A stretch of 64,000 nt of DNA from a virus. Made by a program: the position numbers and the translations under genes. Location of the stretch: the UHGV virus genome UHGV-0176771. One strand, written 5' to 3'. Positions 33,889 to 41,647 of the stretch are shown here, piece by piece. The stretch's first letter is position 1. Each line of letters opens with the position of its first letter. The notes beneath the pieces are model-generated. The model searched no databases, was not told the origin of the DNA, and worked only from the letters and a program-made list of their open reading frames with translations.

Positions 33889-34100
33889 TGGATCTAAAAA
33901 TGGAATATTTAGGAATGGACACTATGACTTACAATTGTCTTCTTCGTGCAGGCGCAAGATCAATATTAGATGTATGTGATATTTTAAATGGCAAGAGAGC
34001 AATGCAGAGAAAAATTCCAGAATACGTTTTGAGAAAAGCGAAGGAATATGTTGAGACACAAGAAAGTATTTTGGGAGTCCGGTTGTTGGGAGAAGAGTAA
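33885..34100 (+). CDS. hypothetical protein (71 aa)
   Basis: ORF track. Start within the conserved junction TTGGAGGTGGAATGATG. Confidence 0.5.
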   Translation: MMDLKMEYLGMDTMTYNCLLRAGARSILDVCDILNGKRAMQRKIPEYVLRKAKEYVETQESILGVRLLGEE

Positions 34101-34285
34101 TGAAGTATAACAGGCTGAAGTATAACAGACAAAAGTTTTGCGATTGTAGCGACAAAGAAAAGTTGCGAATTGTAAAGGAAGAATTAGCACTTGAAACACA
34201 CGACAGAACTACGAAAGATGATTTATTGATGCTGCTTGATTGGACGTATAACAGATTAATAAAAGGTGATTTGGAGGTGGAGTGA
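34100..34285 (+). CDS. hypothetical protein (61 aa)
   Basis: ORF track. Start overlaps the previous stop (TAATG). C-terminus ...KGDLEVE. Confidence 0.45.
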   Translation: MKYNRLKYNRQKFCDCSDKEKLRIVKEELALETHDRTTKDDLLMLLDWTYNRLIKGDLEVE

Positions 34286-34467
34286 TGAACGTATTAGAGA
34301 AAATCGTGGAAGAAATCGAATCCATGAAAAATGACGCCTACGAAACGCTGAAAGAAGAAAGGAAAAGACATGGATCAAGCAAAACAGCAGAAGAGCTGGA
34401 AAGTTATATCTATAGGTTGACCAGTGCAGAAGATATTGTGGAGAAGTATGCAGATAAGGAGGAATAA
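34282..34467 (+). CDS. hypothetical protein (61 aa); N-terminus paralogous to 34932
   Basis: ORF track. MNVLEKIVEEIE... versus MNVLEKILEEIE... at 34932. Start within TTGGAGGTGGAGTGATG. Confidence 0.45.
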   Translation: MMNVLEKIVEEIESMKNDAYETLKEERKRHGSSKTAEELESYIYRLTSAEDIVEKYADKEE

Positions 34468-34473
34468 CATAAC

Positions 34474-34683
34474 ATGGAAGAATTGAAGAAATGTCCATTT
34501 TGTGGTTCCAACAGAGGGTATTACCAGATTGAAAGAGTACATAGGGCGTTGCTGTTTGATTTTGACGGCGAACCGATCGGAGGAACAGAAGATGTTACAG
34601 ATTATGCAGGACGTAGGAAACAGTGTATCGATTGTGGCAAGATACTCCCGAGGAAACTGTTTGAGGAAGTGATGGAAAAGTAA
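34474..34683 (+). CDS. zinc-ribbon protein (69 aa), paralog of 18473..18667
   Basis: MEELKKCPFCGSNRGYYQIERVHRALLFDFDGEPIGGTEDVTDYAGRRKQCIDCGKILPRKLFE. Confidence 0.55.
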   Translation: MEELKKCPFCGSNRGYYQIERVHRALLFDFDGEPIGGTEDVTDYAGRRKQCIDCGKILPRKLFEEVMEK

Positions 34684-34746
34684 ATTATTATTCCAAATTT
34701 CAGAAGAGCATTTGGAAAAATATTTTGAACTGTTGGAGGTGGAGTG

Positions 34747-34923
34747 ATGAAAATTCCAGATTGTGATTTTGTAGAGTCTACAGAATATGGGAATTATTGT
34801 TGTTTGGAACACTGTTCTTGTACCGAGGAAGAATGCGAAGTTCTTAGATATGGACTCGGGAAAGCGGATTTAGAAATAGCAGCCGAAGAGATGATGTTAT
34901 TGAAATCGAGCATGAATAGGTAG
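34747..34923 (+). CDS. small Cys-rich protein (58 aa)
   Basis: RBS/junction TTGGAGGTGGAGTG then ATG 34747. MKIPDCDFVESTEYGNYCCLEHCSCTEEECEVLRYGLG... Confidence 0.4.
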   Translation: MKIPDCDFVESTEYGNYCCLEHCSCTEEECEVLRYGLGKADLEIAAEEMMLLKSSMNR

Positions 34924-34931
34924 GTGAAATT

Positions 34932-35399
34932 ATGAACGTATTAGAGAAGATTTTGGAAGAGATTGAAGAACGTGTGAACATGGTTGAAAACATTCCAGTA
35001 GATGAAGATGATGGTTTTCTGGATGGCGAGGAGTGTTATGAAGCCGGAAGAATACAAGGTCGATATGAAGAGCTAGTATGGTGCAGAAATATAATTCGTT
35101 CTCACATGGATGAAGTTCAAAATTGCGGAGATTGTAGCCGAAGAAAATGGTATCAGAAAGGATATGAAGACAGTAAGAAAGATAATGGGTGGATTCCTTA
35201 TACAGAACAAAATATGCCTAAGAAAGAAGGTATATATCTTGTAACGTGTGACGATAAAGAATATCCGGTAAAGAGAATGAGATTTAAAAAAGAGGATGAA
35301 TATGGTCTCTGGTATGACGATTATGGGATTTATGACGGGGTAATATTTGCATGGCAGCCACTTCCAAAACCGTACAAAATGAAGAATGAAGGAGAATAA
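34932..35399 (+). CDS. hypothetical protein (155 aa)
   Basis: ORF track. RBS AATAGGTAGGTGAAATT then ATG. Confidence 0.55.
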   Translation: MNVLEKILEEIEERVNMVENIPVDEDDGFLDGEECYEAGRIQGRYEELVWCRNIIRSHMDEVQNCGDCSRRKWYQKGYEDSKKDNGWIPYTEQNMPKKEGIYLVTCDDKEYPVKRMRFKKEDEYGLWYDDYGIYDGVIFAWQPLPKPYKMKNEGE

Positions 35400-35402
35400 A
35401 TA

Positions 35403-35585
35403 ATGTCTGAAAATGCGAAAGAGCAAATAGAAATTGTTCTTGAATTATTGAGAAAATCATTGATAGATAATGGTGTTTCTATGGGGATATCAGAAAAGAA
35501 AATAATGTTTTTTGATACGGAAGAATATTTATCAACAGGAAAGTTTGATGGATTTTCTGTAAATATTGATAGCTTAGTTAAATAA
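35403..35585 (+). CDS. hypothetical protein (60 aa)
   Basis: ORF track. Starts 4 nt after the previous stop. Confidence 0.45.
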   Translation: MSENAKEQIEIVLELLRKSLIDNGVSMGISEKKIMFFDTEEYLSTGKFDGFSVNIDSLVK

Positions 35586-35625
35586 TGAAAGCAGAATTTC
35601 AAAAGGAGAAAGAGAGAGCTAATAT

Positions 35626-35907
35626 ATGAAGAAAAACAATGTAAAAACAGCCACCATCAGATGTGATGATAATGCAGAAGCAGTTGTGTTTTCTAAATAT
35701 ATAACGGAAAATTCAACTGATTTTGAAATCTCTTTTGAGGATTCATATTGCGGTGGAGATTTTAAAGGAATTATTGGAAGATTTAAAAGAGCATGGATGG
35801 CGTTCTGGAATAAGCCGGTATGTTATACAGGTATATATTGTGAAAGTGGGCGTGATAGAGTAAGAAACTTTCTGAAAGAATGCTTGGAATTGGTAGAAGG
35901 AGAATAG
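35626..35907 (+). CDS. hypothetical protein (93 aa)
   Basis: ORF track. RBS AAAAGGAGAAAGAGAGAGCTAATAT then ATG. Confidence 0.5.
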   Translation: MKKNNVKTATIRCDDNAEAVVFSKYITENSTDFEISFEDSYCGGDFKGIIGRFKRAWMAFWNKPVCYTGIYCESGRDRVRNFLKECLELVEGE

Positions 35908-35912
35908 GGAAT

Positions 35913-36452
35913 ATGAAGGTTTTAGTTGTAGTAGATATGCAAAACGATTTTGTGAGTGGAAATTTGGGAACAAAAGAAGCAGTTGCAATTGTTCCGGATG
36001 TAAAGAAAAAAATTGAAGAATATTACAATAACGGTGATGTAGTTTTCTTCACAAAAGACACACATTTGGATGGTTATTTAGATACTCAGGAAGGTAAAAA
36101 ATTGCCTGTAGAGCATTGTGTTATTGGAACAAACGGATGGGAAATTGTAGACGAATTAAAATCTTACGCAAAACACGTAATTAATAAAAATAGATTTGGA
36201 AGTAATTACCTTGCAGAATGTATCCATGGCGGTTTTGCTAGTAATGATTATGATAGCGTTGAACTTGTTGGTGTATGTACTGATATTTGTGTAGTGTCGA
36301 ATGCTCTATTAATTAAAGCATGGGTGCCAGAAATGGAAATTACAGTCGATGCGTCGTGCTGCGCTGGTGTCACTCCTGAAAAGCATAGAGCTGCGTTAGA
36401 AGTGATGAAATCTTGTCAAATTAATGTGATTGGAGAGAAAACTTATGATTAA
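35913..36452 (+). CDS. Isochorismatase-family cysteine hydrolase, nicotinamidase (PncA)-like (179 aa)
   Basis: MKVLVVVDMQNDFVSG...KDTHLDGY...VELVGVCTDICVVSNA matches the PncA/isochorismatase catalytic Asp-Lys-Cys pattern. RBS GAAGGAGAATAGGGAAT then ATG 35913. Confidence 0.7.
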   Translation: MKVLVVVDMQNDFVSGNLGTKEAVAIVPDVKKKIEEYYNNGDVVFFTKDTHLDGYLDTQEGKKLPVEHCVIGTNGWEIVDELKSYAKHVINKNRFGSNYLAECIHGGFASNDYDSVELVGVCTDICVVSNALLIKAWVPEMEITVDASCCAGVTPEKHRAALEVMKSCQINVIGEKTYD

Positions 36453-37260
36453 AATTAACGGAGAGGTGTTAAATACAAAGAAGTTTCCAGACGGAACACT
36501 TTTGATTAAAGAGGATGTTCCTTATAATTTTGAAAATTATAGAGAGGCAACTATTACATGGTTGTTTGAAAATAATGAAGAATTAGTGACGCTAATTTAT
36601 ATTGTAAAGCATCTTAATTCTCATGGTATTGCAAGTCTGTATCTGAATATGCCATATATCCCAAACAGTCGTCAAGACCGTGTTAAAACAACTGAAGACG
36701 TATTTACATTAAAGTATTTTGCGGAAGTTATTAATTGGTTGGATTTTGATTCTGTAACAGTATTAGATCCACATTCATCTGTAAGCGAAGCTCTTATTGA
36801 TAGAGTTTTAATTAAATATCCAGACAAATATGTGTGGAAAGCGATTGAAAGTGAATACATTGGTGGCACAAATAATCTTACAATGTTCTATCCGGACGAA
36901 GGAGCTATGAAACGTTATTCTACAATGTTTGATCTTCCTTATGCTTTTGGTATTAAAAAGCGCGATTGGGAAACAGGGGAGATTAAAGGACTAGATGTTT
37001 CAGGCATGACAAATCTGATTAAAGGAAGAAAAATTTTAATTGTAGATGATATTTCAAGTCGTGGCGGAACATTTTATCATTCAGCTATTAAGTTAAAGGA
37101 ACTGGGAGCAAAGGAGATTTATCTATATGTATCTCATTGTGAAAATACAATCCTCGAAGGAGAAGTATTGAGTAGTGGATTGATTGACAGAGTGTTCACG
37201 ACAAATAGTATTTTTACAAAAGAACATGAGAAAGTAGAGGTATTTGAATATGACGAATAA
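36445..37260 (+). CDS. Ribose-phosphate pyrophosphokinase (Prs)-like protein; candidate ADP-ribose pyrophosphate synthetase (Adps) of an NAD+ reconstitution pathway (271 aa)
   Basis: PRPP-synthetase fold with PRPP/ribose-phosphate binding loop ILIVDDISSRGGTF. Overlaps the NAMPT-like gene by 11 nt. RBS GGAGAGAAAACTT then ATG 36445. Confidence 0.7.
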   Translation: MIKINGEVLNTKKFPDGTLLIKEDVPYNFENYREATITWLFENNEELVTLIYIVKHLNSHGIASLYLNMPYIPNSRQDRVKTTEDVFTLKYFAEVINWLDFDSVTVLDPHSSVSEALIDRVLIKYPDKYVWKAIESEYIGGTNNLTMFYPDEGAMKRYSTMFDLPYAFGIKKRDWETGEIKGLDVSGMTNLIKGRKILIVDDISSRGGTFYHSAIKLKELGAKEIYLYVSHCENTILEGEVLSSGLIDRVFTTNSIFTKEHEKVEVFEYDE

Positions 37261-38734
37261 GACAAATCCAATGTTATTAATTGACTTTTATAAAGCGGTT
37301 CATGCAGAAATGCTACCTGAAAATATTACAAAATCAGTTTCCTATTTTACTCCTAGAATGAGTCGTGTAAAACGATGGGATAAAGTAGTAATGTTTGGAT
37401 TACAGGGGTTTATTAAAACGTATCTGATTGATTATTTCAATGAAGAATTTTTTGACAAACCTTTTGAAGAAATTATTTATGAATATAAAAGAATTATGGA
37501 TGCATCACTTGGTAAGGATGCGTATAAAATTGACAAGATTGAAAGTCTACATAAATTGGGATATTTGCCAATTGAGATTGTTGCATTGCCAGAAGGTACA
37601 ATTGTTCCAATGCATGTGCCTATGTTTGGTATTACAAATACACATAAAGATTTTGCATGGCTGCCTCAGAGTTTAGAAAGTCTTATCTCGGCAGAAATGT
37701 GGCATCCAATGTTAGCAGCAACAGTAGGAATGACCTATCGTGGCATCGTTAATCACTATTATGGTCTAACTTGTGATGACTATATTCCAAGATCAAAAGC
37801 TCTTGGTGCCTTTGACTTCCGGGGAGAAGAGTGTTTGGAATCAGCGGTAAAAGCAGGCGCTGGGTGGTGTTTATCATTTTTGAATACAGCAACCGTTCCA
37901 ACTATTCCTTATCTTGAAAAGAATTATTTTTGTGATTGTACAAAAGAACCTGTTGCATATGGAAGTCCTAGTACAGAACATTCTGTAATGTGCAGTAATT
38001 ATGCAGTAGATGGAGACGAGATTACATTATTAAGAAGATTACTTACTGAAATCTATCCAAACACAAGTTTTTCAGCAGTTCTTGACTCTTATGATTATTG
38101 GAATATCATCGATAATATTCTTCCTCAATTAAAAACAGAAATCATGAATCATAACGGATGCATGTTGATGCGTGGAGATTCTGGAGATTGTGTAGAAGTT
38201 GTAACAAAAACTGTATTTAAATTATGGGAAGAATTTGGCGGGACAGTTAATAGCAAGGGGTATAAAGTGTTAGATCCACATGTAAAAGCAATTTACGGTG
38301 ACTCAATTACAGTACAGAGATGTGAAAAAATTTACAGAATTCTTATGGAAAATGGATTTGCGTGTTCAAATGTAGCACTAGGAGTTGGATCGTTTTCATT
38401 TCAGTGCATCGAAGAAGATGGAGTATTAAAACCATTTACAAGGGACACTTTTAGTTCTTGTATTAAAGCAACATATTGTGAGATTGATGGAAAAGCTACT
38501 CCAATTTTTAAAAATCCTAAGGACGGTGGTTTTAAGAAATCACAGAAAGGATGCTGCAGAGTATATACACGATGTGATGGAAGTATTTATTACGAGGATG
38601 GGCTTACATGGAAACAGGCTATTGATTATGAAAAACGTGGAAATATGTTAATTCCAGTCTTTAAAGATGGAGAATTATTAAAAGAACAATCGTTAAAAGA
38701 AATTAGAGATAGACTACATGGAGGAGAATTTTAA
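37250..38734 (+). CDS. Nicotinamide phosphoribosyltransferase (NAMPT/NadV)-like protein; candidate nicotinamide ADP-ribose transferase (Namat) (494 aa)
   Basis: N-terminus NPMLLIDFYKAVHAEMLPENITKSVSYFTPR...VMFGLQ parallels NAMPT ([29 protein letters not shown]...YGLQ). Type II PRTase size. Confidence 0.75.
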   Translation: MTNKTNPMLLIDFYKAVHAEMLPENITKSVSYFTPRMSRVKRWDKVVMFGLQGFIKTYLIDYFNEEFFDKPFEEIIYEYKRIMDASLGKDAYKIDKIESLHKLGYLPIEIVALPEGTIVPMHVPMFGITNTHKDFAWLPQSLESLISAEMWHPMLAATVGMTYRGIVNHYYGLTCDDYIPRSKALGAFDFRGEECLESAVKAGAGWCLSFLNTATVPTIPYLEKNYFCDCTKEPVAYGSPSTEHSVMCSNYAVDGDEITLLRRLLTEIYPNTSFSAVLDSYDYWNIIDNILPQLKTEIMNHNGCMLMRGDSGDCVEVVTKTVFKLWEEFGGTVNSKGYKVLDPHVKAIYGDSITVQRCEKIYRILMENGFACSNVALGVGSFSFQCIEEDGVLKPFTRDTFSSCIKATYCEIDGKATPIFKNPKDGGFKKSQKGCCRVYTRCDGSIYYEDGLTWKQAIDYEKRGNMLIPVFKDGELLKEQSLKEIRDRLHGGEF

Positions 38735-39486
38735 TGTTTAATGCAAATGAAATTAAAACTGAAATTATTGAATGGATCCAGAACTTCTTTAAAGAGAACG
38801 GGAGTGGTTGTAAAGCAGTTGTTGGTATTTCAGGAGGGAAGGATTCGACGATTGTTGCTGCACTCTGCGTTGAAGCTCTAGGAAAAGAAAGAGTGCTTGG
38901 AGTCCTAATGCCAAACGGTAAACAAAAAGATATTGATGTTGCAAAGAAGGTGGTTGATCATCTTGGAATTGAAAATATCGAGGTGAATATTTTCAATGCA
39001 GTAAGAGATATTAAACATGAAGTGAAGTCTGAATTGGACGATCACTGGAGCAGACAGTCTTCTATCAATCTGCCGGCGCGAATTAGAATGGCTACATTAT
39101 ATGCTGTGTCTCAGACTGTAAATGGAAGAGTTGCGAATACATGTAATTTATCTGAAGATTGGATTGGATATAGTACAAGGTGGGGAGATAGTGTTGGTGA
39201 TTTCAGTCCATTGTCTAATCTGACTGTTACGGAAGTTAAGGAAGTCGGATATGCACTTGGACTTCCGAAAGAGTTCATTGAGAAAATTCCATCAGATGGT
39301 CTTTGTGATAAAACAGATGAAGATAATTTAGGATTTACATATGAAGTTCTCGATAAATATATCAGAACAGGCGTAATTGATGACAAACAATTAAAGAAAA
39401 AAATTGACCAGATGCACGAAAAGAATTTGTTTAAATTGCAAATGATGCCGTCATTTAGTTTTAAACACGAGAGTGATAAAAGTTGA
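38734..39486 (+). CDS. nadE: NH3-dependent NAD+ synthetase (NadE) (250 aa)
   Basis: PP-loop motif VVGISGGKDSTIVAAL (SGGxDS). NadE-type length. Start overlaps the NAMPT-like stop (TAATG). Confidence 0.8.
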   Translation: MFNANEIKTEIIEWIQNFFKENGSGCKAVVGISGGKDSTIVAALCVEALGKERVLGVLMPNGKQKDIDVAKKVVDHLGIENIEVNIFNAVRDIKHEVKSELDDHWSRQSSINLPARIRMATLYAVSQTVNGRVANTCNLSEDWIGYSTRWGDSVGDFSPLSNLTVTEVKEVGYALGLPKEFIEKIPSDGLCDKTDEDNLGFTYEVLDKYIRTGVIDDKQLKKKIDQMHEKNLFKLQMMPSFSFKHESDKS

Positions 39487-39517
39487 TAACAAAAATAAAA
39501 TAATGGAGAGATTAAAT

Positions 39518-40000
39518 ATGAGAACAGTATATATTGCAGACGATGGAAAACAGTTTGAAGATGAGTATGAATGCGAACATCATGAATTTGAGTTGAAACA
39601 TCCACATCTTCAAACAATTGAAGCGTACAATAAAGACGGAGAAAAAATGACAGATCTCTTGGATGAAGATACATATAATAATTGTGAAAAAATTATTCTT
39701 CATTCAGAAGAAGAGTTATCTGATTTACAATATGCCGCAGACTATTTAGGATTTTATTCATACAATGACATTACCGAAATCGGGGAATGGATTTTTGATT
39801 ATGAAACAGAGAATTTTAGTAAAAACAAAAAGTCTACTTTTGTACAGGAGTTATCTGACAAATATGTGGAGATATTAAATGAATGTAGATCAATAAATTA
39901 TCATGAATATGCGGATAATACACTATTAAAATTGTTATCTGATTTAGGATATGCAGATGTTGTTAAAGAATATAAACATATTCCAAAAGTATATTTTTAG
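39518..40000 (+). CDS. hypothetical protein (160 aa from ATG 39518)
   Basis: RBS ATGGAGAGATTAAAT then ATG 39518. ORF track starts at 39473. Confidence 0.5.
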   Translation: MRTVYIADDGKQFEDEYECEHHEFELKHPHLQTIEAYNKDGEKMTDLLDEDTYNNCEKIILHSEEELSDLQYAADYLGFYSYNDITEIGEWIFDYETENFSKNKKSTFVQELSDKYVEILNECRSINYHEYADNTLLKLLSDLGYADVVKEYKHIPKVYF

Positions 40001-40035
40001 TATGAATCTGTGATTTCAATCGAAGGGGAATTAAA

Positions 40036-40377
40036 ATGAACGAGATTATTTTAAGAAAAAGGGAACCAAACATAATCAATGTAGAGTATTGCTGTGAGAT
40101 TACAGAATATTTAAATGAAAATGTTAGATATAATTTTAGGGATGTACATCCATATTCGTTCTGTTATATATATGATTCAAGAAATTTTTGTAATAACACA
40201 GTTGTAATACGTATGCCAGGATCAACAATTGGATGTATTAGATTTAATGATGAAAATGTAATTACAGAATGTTGTATTTATGATGATGTAATGTCTAAGA
40301 GTAGATGTTTTTCCGAAGATATAAATGAGCGGCTGAAGCGATTTGTTGGAAGTGTATTAAAATTTCCGGAAGAATAG
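40036..40377 (+). CDS. hypothetical Cys-rich protein (113 aa)
   Basis: ORF track. RBS GAAGGGGAATTAAA then ATG. Confidence 0.5.
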   Translation: MNEIILRKREPNIINVEYCCEITEYLNENVRYNFRDVHPYSFCYIYDSRNFCNNTVVIRMPGSTIGCIRFNDENVITECCIYDDVMSKSRCFSEDINERLKRFVGSVLKFPEE

Positions 40378-40387
40378 AGGTGATAGA

Positions 40388-40987
40388 GTGAATTATTATA
40401 TTAGTGATCTACATTTATTCCATAAAAATGTGACGAATGAAGGTTCTAATTTTGACAATAGACCGTTTGATACAATGGAAGAAATGCATAAAGTGATTAG
40501 AGAAAATTGGAACTCAAAAGTGACGAATGCAGATCATGTCTATATTTTAGGAGATCTGGCATGGAAAGAAAATGAAGATGCTATTGCATTTGTAAGTACA
40601 TTACGCGGAAACAAACATCTGATTCTTGGAAACCATGATAAAGCGACAGATCAAAGGTATAAACAGTTATTTGTAGAAATAGCAAATTATAAAGAAGCGA
40701 AAGATATGATTGACGGAAAAGAGTATCATGTCGTAATGTCTCACTTTCCATTGGCCTTTTGGAATCATCAGCATCATTACAGAAGAGATGGAAAAGAGCA
40801 TAAAGTGTGGTCTGTTCACTTATATGGGCACGTACATAATTCTGTAGAAGAAGGTTATTATCAAGAATTTATCAGAAAACTAAACATGGAATACGGAATT
40901 AAGTGTATTGCAAAAAATGTAGGATGTATGTTATGGAATTATACTCCAGTAACATTAAAAGAAATTTTAGATAACAAAGGAGAATAA
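40388..40987 (+). CDS. Calcineurin-like metallophosphoesterase (199 aa, GTG start)
   Basis: YYISDLHLFH, ILGDLAWK, GNHD and MSHFP match the metallophosphoesterase motifs D-x-H, GD, GNHD/E. RBS ATAGAGGTGATAGA then GTG. Confidence 0.65.
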   Translation: MNYYISDLHLFHKNVTNEGSNFDNRPFDTMEEMHKVIRENWNSKVTNADHVYILGDLAWKENEDAIAFVSTLRGNKHLILGNHDKATDQRYKQLFVEIANYKEAKDMIDGKEYHVVMSHFPLAFWNHQHHYRRDGKEHKVWSVHLYGHVHNSVEEGYYQEFIRKLNMEYGIKCIAKNVGCMLWNYTPVTLKEILDNKGE

Positions 40988-40991
40988 GAAT

Positions 40992-41309
40992 ATGAGAGCA
41001 ATGATTTGTCAGCCGATGCCGGGGAAAACAGATGAAGAGATTGTGAATACAAGAGAAAAGGCAGCGCAGTATCTGTTAGATAGAGGATGTGAAATTGTCG
41101 ATACCTTGTTTACAGATGAATGGTATTCAAAAGAGAAGAACGAACGTGATATTTCAAATAGAGCACTTTTCTTTTTGGCAAAGTCTTTAGAGAAGATGTC
41201 GTTATGTAATATTGCTTATTTCTGCAAAGGTTGGGAAGATTACAGAGGATGTCGTATTGAACATGCTGCAGCATCTGCTTACGGGCTAGATATTATTTAT
41301 GAGGAGTAA
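40992..41309 (+). CDS. Nucleoside 2-deoxyribosyltransferase-like (DUF4406-type) small protein (105 aa)
   Basis: MRAMICQPMPGKTDEEIVNTREKAAQYLLDRGCEIVDT resembles the DUF4406 N-terminus (ISGPMTG...G.EVVNP). Weak call. Confidence 0.4.
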   Translation: MRAMICQPMPGKTDEEIVNTREKAAQYLLDRGCEIVDTLFTDEWYSKEKNERDISNRALFFLAKSLEKMSLCNIAYFCKGWEDYRGCRIEHAAASAYGLDIIYEE

Positions 41310-41314
41310 TTTTA

Positions 41315-41623
41315 ATGGGTAGTTTTGGACTATATGGAATTCAAAATGTAAGTTTTATTGATCTTGAAACTGGAAAGAAGATTAATATAGATAATGCTTC
41401 AGTGTCGATTGAGGATGAAAAAAGAAATTACAATAATAGTAAACTAAATTTCAAGAATATGAATTTAAAGGATAAAACCTTCGTGTGTGAACTTCCTTAT
41501 ATTAATAAGAAGAAATTGTACAATATATTATATGGGATTACAAATAATTACAGACGTTTGCATGGTGGACATGCTTTGAGAGAAGTAACTAGAAGAAGAT
41601 ACATAATGAAAAATAAAAGATAA
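41315..41623 (+). CDS. hypothetical protein (102 aa)
   Basis: ORF track. Starts 6 nt after the previous stop. Confidence 0.45.
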   Translation: MGSFGLYGIQNVSFIDLETGKKINIDNASVSIEDEKRNYNNSKLNFKNMNLKDKTFVCELPYINKKKLYNILYGITNNYRRLHGGHALREVTRRRYIMKNKR

Positions 41624-41647
41624 GCAAGAAAAAGAGAGGTAATAAGT

